The position numbers and the translations under genes are program-made. From the NCBI GenBank assembly GCA_011523845.1, contig WTFV01000150.1, positions 32,521-96,520 of the forward strand: DNA of 64,000 nucleotides, in the 5' to 3' direction. The notes under the pieces are model-generated. The model was not told where the DNA came from. It did no database searches and was given only the letters and a program-made list of their open reading frames with translations. This document shows positions 16,790 through 23,462 of this stretch, one piece after another; the stretch's first letter is position 1; each line of letters starts with the position of its first letter. The stretch is from Acidobacteriota bacterium (lineage in GTDB: Bacteria > Acidobacteriota > Vicinamibacteria > Vicinamibacterales > UBA8438).

Positions 16790-18562
16790 TCAGGCCGTGT
16801 ACTCGTAGTCGAACACGCACGACGCGCCAATCATCTCGCGAAACCACAACGTGGCGCGGGCGCCCTGCGAATCCGTCAGGTGAACTGGCTCGTTCAGAAC
16901 GAAACGCACCGGCTGGGTCTGGCCGTCGTTGATGGCCACGTTGTTCGCGTAGAGGTACGTGCGATCCAGCGCATCGAGCTTCGGATTGAGCCGCCCCTGA
17001 ATGCCCGGCAGATGCCGCGTTCGGTCGGCGATGACGAGCGATCCCCCGTTCGGGGCCGGCTGCAGGCGAACCTCCAGGGGCTCGCCGGGCTGATAGTCGC
17101 GCGCCACGTGCGCCATGAATCCCGTCGCGGCGCAGAACACGGTCATCGGCAGCTTGGCGTAGAGCACGAACTCGGCCCGCCCAAAGGCATCCGTCCGCGC
17201 CTCGCGATACGTCTTGTTGGGATAGAGCATCAGCACGTCGACACCCGGCAGCGGCTGGTCCGTGTCTCCGCGCCTGACCACGACGCGAACCGCGACGCCG
17301 TCGGACACCGGCAACCGCGCCGCCGGCAGGACGACCTTCAGTTCCCGCTCGCCGATCAACGTGAAGACCGGCCGTTCGCCGGCGAGGGCGAACGTCTCGT
17401 CCTGAATGACGCCGATGCCTTCGCCGCGCCGTTCGATGAAATACTGCCGCCCGCCCGCGCCCGGCACATCGCCCACCGGGCACTGGCCCAGCCGGGACGC
17501 CAGCAGCTCGTTGCGCGTGAACTGGCTGGTGCGCAGGTCGTCGGTCGTCATCGAATTGCAGAGCCCGCCCGGCGAATACAGCTCCAGCCGATCGTCGAAC
17601 ATGAACAGGCGTATCCGCGACCCCGACACCGCGTAGTCGCGATGCACCACCGCGTTGACAACCGCCTCGAAGACCGCGCGTTCGCTGAACTGCGGGACGT
17701 CGATACGCGCCGGGTCCTTGTACGCCGCCACACGCCGATTGCGGACCACGAAGCGCACCGCCTCGCGAATCTGCTCGTCGAGCGGACCGGTGACGTCCCG
17801 CGCGTCGAGTTGCCGGCCCGCGTCCATGCGGTCGCCGCTGTAACACACGGCCTGAATCCACGCGTTCGGCAACCATTCCCGCGCGTCGTCCACGGCCAGC
17901 AGCACCCCGCCGACCGTCGCCCGCAGCGCACCGTGCCGATCGTCCTTCAGGAACTTCAGCTTGGACAACGCGATCTCGGCCGGTTCGTCCATGCGCGAGC
18001 TGACATACTGGCGCCACAGCGCCGGGCGCAAGCTGCCGATCCCGGTGTTCCGCACGACCTGCGTGTCCGTCGCAGTCGCGTCGGACTGCCCCCGCGCCTG
18101 AGACAGCCGGCGGACCTCCGCGGAATCCATCTGCCGCTTCTTGTCACCCCGCCGGCGAAAGTATCCGCCGGGAGATCGGTGCACCGTTGCACTCTCCGGA
18201 ATCTCGACGACCAGCACACCACCCTTCCCGGACCCCGGCGCCTGCACCCGGAAGATGCTGAAGTCCAGCGGCGGCTTGATGCTGTCCGAACAGATCTCCG
18301 TCACCAGATTCGCCAGTGCGTCCAGTTGCGCCGGATCGAGCGACTGCGGTTGCCTGTCGTCCGATACGCCAAGGACGAGACGGCCGCCGCGGGCGTTGGC
18401 GAACGCCGCGAACTCGTCGGCAAGATCGTCGCGCCGGGGCCCTGACACACTGCTGCCGCGGAATCGAGCTTCCTTCAGCTCGAGATCCGTGTCTTCACCG
18501 AGGGCGATCTGTTTCCACAGGCGCTGTTCTTCGATTGGCATGGCCGCCGGACCACCCAGCAT
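16790..18562 (-). CDS. AlbA_2 (Schlafen-like) + HATPase_c_4 domain protein with extra C-terminal beta-rich domains
   Basis: DLELKEARF...EFAAFANARGGRLVLGV (AlbA_2), NAVVHRDYAVSGSRIRLFMFDDRLELYSPGGL (HATPase_c_4-type), then VRVVVRRGDTDQPLPGVDVLMLY...TDAFGRAEFVL (carboxypeptidase-regulatory-like). An alternative start lies at 18541 (MPIEEQ). Confidence 0.75.
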   Translation of the reverse strand: MLGGPAAMPIEEQRLWKQIALGEDTDLELKEARFRGSSVSGPRRDDLADEFAAFANARGGRLVLGVSDDRQPQSLDPAQLDALANLVTEICSDSIKPPLDFSIFRVQAPGSGKGGVLVVEIPESATVHRSPGGYFRRRGDKKRQMDSAEVRRLSQARGQSDATATDTQVVRNTGIGSLRPALWRQYVSSRMDEPAEIALSKLKFLKDDRHGALRATVGGVLLAVDDAREWLPNAWIQAVCYSGDRMDAGRQLDARDVTGPLDEQIREAVRFVVRNRRVAAYKDPARIDVPQFSERAVFEAVVNAVVHRDYAVSGSRIRLFMFDDRLELYSPGGLCNSMTTDDLRTSQFTRNELLASRLGQCPVGDVPGAGGRQYFIERRGEGIGVIQDETFALAGERPVFTLIGERELKVVLPAARLPVSDGVAVRVVVRRGDTDQPLPGVDVLMLYPNKTYREARTDAFGRAEFVLYAKLPMTVFCAATGFMAHVARDYQPGEPLEVRLQPAPNGGSLVIADRTRHLPGIQGRLNPKLDALDRTYLYANNVAINDGQTQPVRFVLNEPVHLTDSQGARATLWFREMIGASCVFDYEYTA

Positions 18563-18686
18563 TACCGCATCGCCTCACTGAGCCAGTCTCCGACGGCACG
18601 CTGCTCCCACTCCACGTACTCGCGGGGAGTTCGCCAGAATACCCTCCAAGCCTCATTGAGCAGCAGTCGACCAGATCCCTTCGTTT
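18562..18686 (-). pseudogene. Displaced 3' end (38 codons + stop) of the HExxH gene, cut off by the IS insertion
   Basis: GC-rich in-frame tail ..TKGSGRLLLNEAWRVFWRTPREYVEWEQRAVGDWLSEAMR* with no start codon. Its TAA overlaps the ATG of the AlbA_2 gene (TAATG). It joins in frame to 22092 when 18687-22091 (3405 nt) is removed. Confidence 0.8.
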
Positions 18687-18709
18687 GGGGATTATATACC
18701 GTCCTAGCC
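18679..18709. repeat. Left target-site duplication (cttcgttt, 18679-18686) + left terminal inverted repeat (18687-18709)
   Basis: IRL is ggggattatataccgtcctagcc. The reverse complement of IRR is ggggattatataccatcctagcc (22/23 match). Confidence 0.9.
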
Positions 18710-18819
18710 TAACGCTATCTCCCGAATATGCATTAGTTTATCCTGGCTGTCGTCGAGAACGGTCAACATCGGCACATGTTCGACGCAGCGCTGTCACCGG
18801 TTGTCGAGCCGTGCTCAAT

Positions 18820-19053
18820 TCAAGATAGAATGACAATTCCCCCCCCATGTATATTTCCAGTACGGTCACCGAGGCTGAATTGAACCTTAACACAGTGACC
18901 GTCCCAACCGTTACCTTCAACCTCAACATCATCAACGGCCAGCCCAATTGGTTTCTTAATGTGTTGCACACCTGCTTTCTCTCTTTTGGGTAGGTGGAAC
19001 CCTAGCACGAGCTTTGCCAGCATGTCAAGATTTCTAGCGTGCGCAGTCAGCAC
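18820..19053 (-). CDS. Hypothetical cargo ORF (77 aa), weak
   Basis: Track ORF in the AT-rich element, divergent from 19087..19668. No recognisable motif, and a competing ORF 18738..18971 overlaps it. Confidence 0.25.
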   Translation of the reverse strand: MLTAHARNLDMLAKLVLGFHLPKREKAGVQHIKKPIGLAVDDVEVEGNGWDGHCVKVQFSLGDRTGNIHGGGIVILS

Positions 19054-19086
19054 GCCGATTGAGAACCTGGACTCACGCTACTTGTA

Positions 19087-19668
19087 ATGGACAAATTCTC
19101 AAAACTAGAGTACACTCTTGAGATGAATTTCTCTGCTTTGCCAATTCGTTGGGGTGAACTTCTCTCGACTATCCTTCCTGGTGCTTGGGCATTGACGGCC
19201 ATTCTTCCGTATTTGCCGGAATTTACGGAGTGGCTATCTCAAGGCTCTCTAGCACAGGCGATGGTTATAATTGCAGCGGCAACACTCTTGGGCGGTTCTA
19301 TTAGTGGCTTCACTCGTTTTACTTGGGAATATGGTCTTTTTGCGTTTAGTGATTTCAAAGTGAAACCACTTTCTCTAGTGGTTACTGACTCAGAGAAGAT
19401 GAAATTGTATGAGTTTTTGTTGGACAATTCTTATAAATGGGTTGGGTGTCACGCCAATACTGGGTGGGCGACACTTTTGGTTTTGTTGAGTCGACTGCAA
19501 CGCTGCCCTTCCGAATTGGGAATCATAGAACTTGCATTATCTGTTGCGGTTGTGATATTATTTACAGCTTCGTATGTCCAATGGTGGATATACGTAGACC
19601 ATATGAATACTGCATTTGGCAGCAACGGAGGAGAGCATGTTCAGGAACGTACCACAGACGGGGTCTAG
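19087..19668 (+). CDS. Hypothetical integral membrane protein (about 4 TM), IS cargo
   Basis: 193-aa ORF with hydrophobic segments LLSTILPGAWALTAILPYL, AMVIIAAATLLGGSISGF, GWATLLVLLSRL and IIELALSVAVVILFTASYVQWWIY. Confidence 0.6.
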   Translation: MDKFSKLEYTLEMNFSALPIRWGELLSTILPGAWALTAILPYLPEFTEWLSQGSLAQAMVIIAAATLLGGSISGFTRFTWEYGLFAFSDFKVKPLSLVVTDSEKMKLYEFLLDNSYKWVGCHANTGWATLLVLLSRLQRCPSELGIIELALSVAVVILFTASYVQWWIYVDHMNTAFGSNGGEHVQERTTDGV

Positions 19669-19831
19669 GATTAAGGCCATCACATCTACGAGAGAATTCA
19701 AGCTAGGTGATGAGGGTACCTTGCGGGCACCGCTGGCAGACTACTACGTAGATCGCGCCGAGGATTTATTTGAGGCTGAATTCTTCGGTCGAATCATAGT
19801 AGTTCGTCGGGGTGACGTTGAGTTGACCTAA
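19637..19831 (+). CDS. Hypothetical small protein (64 aa), IS cargo
   Basis: ATG after GGAGGAG (aacggaggagagcATG): MFRNVPQTGSRIKAITSTREFKLGDEGTLRAPL... It overlaps the end of the membrane-protein gene. Confidence 0.5.
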   Translation: MFRNVPQTGSRIKAITSTREFKLGDEGTLRAPLADYYVDRAEDLFEAEFFGRIIVVRRGDVELT

Positions 19832-19877
19832 GATTCTGAACAGGGCTAGTGCGTGGCGATCCACTGGCTCTGTTGTC

Positions 19878-20813
19878 TTACTTCGCCGGTCGTGCCGTTG
19901 AAGAAAGGCCGTTCTCTCGAATAAGGTCCTTGTACCGCAATCTCTTGTCCTCAGCCAGAAACACCATCACCTGCATCTGCTCAATCGTATCCAGCGGCCG
20001 CTGGTTGTGCCGACCCTCGAATTCCTTGACATAGCGGTCCAAGTGCTTCGGGCTCATTTTGTGGTAGACCCCAATATAGCCACGCTTCATCATGCTCCAG
20101 AATGACTCCATGCCGTTCGTATGAGCTTGCTCCCTGACGTATTCTCCCGTCGAATGAGATACAGCCTCGCGATTCGGAACACCACTGTAAGTTGTCGCTG
20201 TATCTGTGTAGACCTTGGTCCCATCTTCCACATTCTCTTGAATGAAACCTTTGAGAGTCCGACCGTCGGTATTCTCAACTACCTTCGCTCTGACCCGACC
20301 CGTCCCTCGTTCCTTCATCCCAACGACAGCCGTCTTGTTGACTGGTCCTCGACCCTCCTCCTGTTTACGCTTCCACGCGTGCTTGTTCTTCGCCTTGCCA
20401 CCGAAATACCCTTCATCTACTTCAACAGCGTTCTCAAAATCACCTGCCTCTTCGTCCCGCCAGGTCTCCCGAATCCGATGCGCCAGATGCCACGCTGTCT
20501 TTTGGGTCACGCCCAGGTCCCGATGCAACTTCATCGAGGACGTCCCCTTGAGCCCAGTTGCCAGAAGGTAGAACGCCAGCGCCCAGGTCTGGAGACCCAG
20601 GTTGGAACCCTGCATGACCGTCCCAGTCTTGACGCTGAAGTGCTTCCGGCAATCTCGACACCGATAGGGCATCGGCTTTCGATTCTCGACCTTCCGAATA
20701 TTCAGCGAGCCGCACTGCGGGCACGCTATACCGTTAGGCCAGCGTGTTTCGATGAACCACTGCTCCGCGGCTTCCTCGGTGGCGAACATGCGCACGACTT
20801 CCATCAGGGTCAT
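19878..20813 (-). CDS. IS1595-family transposase (N-terminal Zn-ribbon + ISXO2-like DDE domain)
   Basis: MTLMEVVRMFATEEAAEQWFIETRWPNGIACPQCGS...YRCRDCRKHFSVKTGTVMQGSNLGLQTWALAFYL...VEVDEGYFGG...VYTDTATTYSG...HSTGEYV...HTNGMESFWSMMKRG. The longer track ORF (to 21074) runs through the tRNA and is rejected. Confidence 0.9.
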   Translation of the reverse strand: MTLMEVVRMFATEEAAEQWFIETRWPNGIACPQCGSLNIRKVENRKPMPYRCRDCRKHFSVKTGTVMQGSNLGLQTWALAFYLLATGLKGTSSMKLHRDLGVTQKTAWHLAHRIRETWRDEEAGDFENAVEVDEGYFGGKAKNKHAWKRKQEEGRGPVNKTAVVGMKERGTGRVRAKVVENTDGRTLKGFIQENVEDGTKVYTDTATTYSGVPNREAVSHSTGEYVREQAHTNGMESFWSMMKRGYIGVYHKMSPKHLDRYVKEFEGRHNQRPLDTIEQMQVMVFLAEDKRLRYKDLIRENGLSSTARPAK

Positions 20814-20977
20814 GCCCTTGCGCCAGTGCTTGCCGGGTGCGTTTCGTGCCACTGCGAGCCTCCTAGCCAGTCTAGGGGAAAGATATCGCAGTTGACAGTC
20901 CTCGACAAGCTGTTCTGGTACAGGTTTTGCTTGACTTGCAGCGGGCGGACCGGACAGACTTCGTGGCGGTGGAGGGG

Positions 20978-21061
20978 TGTGGGCGACGGGATTCGAACCC
21001 GCAAGACCTGCTGGCCAGCGGCTTTCTAGGCCGCCGCGTATTCCAGTTCCGCCACGCCCAC
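20978..21061 (-). tRNA. Class II (long variable arm) tRNA, anticodon loop CUAGAAA = apparent anticodon AGA; Leu/Ser-type body, A73, no encoded CCA
   Basis: Hand fold: GTGGGCG-TG-GCG-GAACTGGAATA-CGC-G-GCGGC-CTAGAAA-GCCGC-TGGCCAGCAGGTCTT-GCGGG-TTCGAAT-CCCGT-CGCCCAC-A. 7-bp acceptor stem, T8, A14, G18G19, canonical T-loop. Confidence 0.65.
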
Positions 21062-21460
21062 GCTGCTCCGCCATCTACTAGCTCTCATCCCTCTACCTCC
21101 TTGCCCAACATGGGCTTTGACCGTTCAATTCATTCTAGCAGAATCCTCGTGATGGTGATTGGTTTCAAGGCGAAGAAACGGCAAATGACAGGTTTCTGTC
21201 AGCGACGCCCTGTTAGCTTGACATTCATGCTTGATCTGTGGAACGCTACTCCTTGCCACGCGATTCGTGTACGACCCGACGCCGGGTCGCCCACCAAATA
21301 CAAGACTGCCCGTACGGGCAGGAATAGGTGGGGATCCCGCATGTACGTGCGCGAATCGTGTGGCAACTGGCCCGGTGACCAATTCCGGGCTGGCCCGTTG
21401 GCGTCCGTCGTCCAGGGTTTCGGTTGTCCGGAAACTCGGCGCTGGAAAGGACGTGCCACA

Positions 21461-21829
21461 ATGTTCCTTAACAGTCTACTTTATAGTGGGATTGCAGTTA
21501 TTATCGTGGTGGGTGCATATTTGTTACTTGATGGCAGAGACTTCTCTATGTCCAACTACTACTACCAAATGGGCAGAGACGATATATTGGCTGGACAGGA
21601 GTATCCTCCAGGTAGTATTTCGTGTGGAGAGTTGCCTGATGTTATTCAGCGCGTTGTAGATGAGCAGATGAGTAGTGGGGTCAATTTGGACCGTATTCGT
21701 GGCAGAATTGACGTTCAGTTTGATATGGTGAAGAATAGATGCGGAATGGGTCCAACTCGAATAGAGGGTAGTGGTTTGCCGCTAACACCCGAGGATAGAC
21801 GAAGGCGACTGCTGGAGGGTCTCCGTTAG
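21461..21829 (+). CDS. Hypothetical protein with N-terminal TM helix (122 aa), IS cargo
   Basis: MFLNSLLYSGIAVIIVVGAYLLLDGRDF...; the internal ATG of the 20927..21829 track ORF where AT-rich coding begins. Confidence 0.5.
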   Translation: MFLNSLLYSGIAVIIVVGAYLLLDGRDFSMSNYYYQMGRDDILAGQEYPPGSISCGELPDVIQRVVDEQMSSGVNLDRIRGRIDVQFDMVKNRCGMGPTRIEGSGLPLTPEDRRRRLLEGLR

Positions 21830-21880
21830 TGCTTGACTTGCGTGGTAGAATGTTGGCGGTCGAAATCAGGAGGTAGTGTG

Positions 21881-22054
21881 ATGCCGTCAAAGCTCAAGAT
21901 ACCACCCCGCATCCCGGACACTCCGGAGAACATCGCCCTAGCTTGTATGCAAGGTCCACCGAAAAAGAAATGGCGCCATCTGGAAGAGTCGGGGTTGGTG
22001 GCTGATGACCCTTCGCTCGAAGAGTACGAGGAGAAGGAGCCTTCTCGAGAGTAG
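21881..22054 (+). CDS. Hypothetical small protein (57 aa), IS cargo
   Basis: ATG after AGGAGG (aggaggtagtgtgATG): MPSKLKIPPRIPDTPENIALACMQGPPKKKWRHLEESG... Confidence 0.45.
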   Translation: MPSKLKIPPRIPDTPENIALACMQGPPKKKWRHLEESGLVADDPSLEEYEEKEPSRE

Positions 22055-22060
22055 TGGGTG

Positions 22061-22091
22061 GGCTAGGATGGTATATAATCCCCCTTCGTTT
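22061..22091. repeat. Right terminal inverted repeat (22061-22083) + right target-site duplication (cttcgttt, 22084-22091)
   Basis: ggctaggatggtatataatcccc followed by cttcgttt. The IRR supplies the last 6 codons and the TAG stop (GDYIPS*) of the truncated HExxH gene. Confidence 0.9.
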
Positions 22092-23100
22092 CCCGTCCGA
22101 CGATGTCGCAGTCCAGCGCGCGCGTACCCTCGAAAGCCAAGCCCTCAACTCGGCTGACGAGCTCTATTGGGAAGCAGCGTCGGTACTCTGGGGACGCCTC
22201 GCTGCCGCTCAACCCAAGGTACTCCTCCCACCGGCGCTCAATCGCGGCCCGCTCTTCATCAAAGCCGAGGCGTTCCAAGGCCAGAAGCATAGCCGTCATG
22301 CGCGCCGCGTCGGGTGGATGAACCGTGGGTGTCACGAGCGGAACCTCGAAGGGGTCTGCACCCACACTGGCCGCGAGGTGAAGGTGCGACCACGCAAACG
22401 CCGGACCGGCCATGTAGACGGCGTAGAGGTCACAGAAGAGTTCAATCGCCCACGAAAGCCAGCAGCCGATCCACGTCATCAAGTATTGTTTGAAGGTCTC
22501 CGGGCCTAGCCCAGCGTCCTCTTTGCGTAGCTCGCCCGCGAGGTACCCGTGGGCGTCGCTCACGGCTTCGACATGCCGCTTCTGAAAGCCCTCGAGACGC
22601 GCATCGTCTTCGAACTCCAGCAGTGAGTGCGCGAGCTCGTGGTAGAGATCCGGCAAGTGCAGCAGGAACCGCCCCTCTGCCAGCGGCACACAGACGAGCC
22701 GGAGGTCGGGGTACGTGTGGAAGTACCGCTGCGAGGCACAGGAGACCACAGGGGTTGGCAGTGGATAATGGATCTCTCCGGCCAGACGATCAGCGATCTG
22801 GTTCATCCAGCGATCTTCCGCGTTCCATCGGCACAGAGCGGTGACTGCAACCGACTCAAGGTGGTCTAGCTCACCCCGCACCCGACGAAAGAGGCGCAGG
22901 CGCTCCCGCTGATTGTCGGACTCCCTGAGTTCCGGACGATCGCGCAAGAGGCGAAGGCGCTTGCCGACTATCTTCAGGCGGTCGCGACATGCGACCTCGA
23001 GAGCAGCGACCTCCCGCCCGAGTCCGGCTGGAATCAAGTCGCACAACTGCCGGGTGCGCTCCAGCAACTGGGACACCGCCCCCTCGAAGTACTCGTTCAC
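22063..23100 (-). CDS. HExxH-motif protein (putative zincin-like), last gene of the Argonaute cassette; C-terminally truncated by the IS (345 aa now, 377 aa reconstructed)
   Basis: GTG start overlaps the upstream stop (GTGA 23097-23100). VNEYFEGAVSQLLERTRQL...; LHLPDLYHELAHSLL (H154-E-x-x-H158). Ends ..DIVGRETK + GDYIPS* encoded by the IS end. Confidence 0.75.
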   Translation of the reverse strand: MNEYFEGAVSQLLERTRQLCDLIPAGLGREVAALEVACRDRLKIVGKRLRLLRDRPELRESDNQRERLRLFRRVRGELDHLESVAVTALCRWNAEDRWMNQIADRLAGEIHYPLPTPVVSCASQRYFHTYPDLRLVCVPLAEGRFLLHLPDLYHELAHSLLEFEDDARLEGFQKRHVEAVSDAHGYLAGELRKEDAGLGPETFKQYLMTWIGCWLSWAIELFCDLYAVYMAGPAFAWSHLHLAASVGADPFEVPLVTPTVHPPDAARMTAMLLALERLGFDEERAAIERRWEEYLGLSGSEASPEYRRCFPIELVSRVEGLAFEGTRALDCDIVGRETKGDYIPS

Positions 23101-23462
23101 GTCCCAACGCCCCTCATCTTGGCGAGGGCTTCGGTTCGTCGCTCTTCCAGTCGTCGTGCGAGTTCTCGCAGCTTGTCCACGACTTCGGGGTCGACTGTGG
23201 TCGACAGCAGGGCGCGGCCTACGCATTCCCATTCCTTGCGGGCGCTCGGGTCCGCGCCACCGATGAGCATCCCCAGCCAAGCCGTGCGGAGGTCTGGTGG
23301 CGGAGCTACCGCAACACCGACCAGCAGTTCGCCGAGCTCCCGACGGGATGCATCTGTCCGTACGTCCGCCGTGGAACTCAGCCCGAGGATAACCTCGTCG
23401 ATGAGCTCGCCGTAGTCTCGCACTCGCTGGTACACGTTCGAGTGGACACCGATGTCGCTCAT
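23097..23462 (-). CDS. Hypothetical helical protein (121 aa) coupled to the Argonaute gene
   Basis: ATG overlaps the Argonaute stop (ATGA 23459-23462), preceded by GAGGAGGTGG. MSDIGVHSNVYQRVRDYGELIDEVILGL... Confidence 0.7.
   Translation of the reverse strand: MSDIGVHSNVYQRVRDYGELIDEVILGLSSTADVRTDASRRELGELLVGVAVAPPPDLRTAWLGMLIGGADPSARKEWECVGRALLSTTVDPEVVDKLRELARRLEERRTEALAKMRGVGT

Larger units (their letters stand above)
18687..22083. mobile_element. IS1595-family insertion element with passenger genes (3397 bp; ends fit the ISNwi1-group pattern GGnnATTAT as I recall it)
   Basis: 23-bp TIRs and a perfect 8-bp direct repeat cttcgttt. Internal IS1595-type DDE transposase. Sharp GC drop: 21 G+C in the 60 nt at 19081-19140 versus 44 in the 60 nt at 14041-14100. 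Confidence 0.88.

Noticed and set aside
14840-18445. 1201-aa plus-strand ORF, the longest in the region
   Set aside because: It is antisense to pglZ and the AlbA_2 gene. Its composition is dominated by R/A/G/P/V with no motifs, whereas the minus-strand frames carry clear PglZ and AlbA_2 signatures. This is a typical high-GC shadow ORF.
20840-20860. TGGCACG-N4-GCA sigma-54-like motif upstream of the transposase gene
   Set aside because: The -12 region lacks TTGC, and transposase genes are not expected to be sigma-54 dependent. It is probably a chance match.
20862-20890. Third IR-like sequence (cctcctagcc...ggggaaagatatc) near the transposase 5' end, suggesting a nested shorter IS
   Set aside because: The similarity to the true ends is partial and the orientation is wrong for a terminus. 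No matching partner or direct repeat was found on the other side of the transposase gene.
20978-21061. Alternative anticodon readings (CTA suppressor or TAG-Leu) for the tRNA
   Set aside because: These would require a 9-nt loop or a C at position 33. Only the 5-bp stem GCGGC/GCCGC with the 7-nt loop CUAGAAA gives a canonical U33. AGA is therefore retained, but it is flagged as unusual.
20814-21074. N-terminal extension of the transposase ORF (track ORF 19878..21074)
   Set aside because: The extension reads straight through the tRNA sequence and is Gly/Pro/Arg-rich. IS1595 transposases begin close to the Zn-ribbon, which fits the ATG at 20813.
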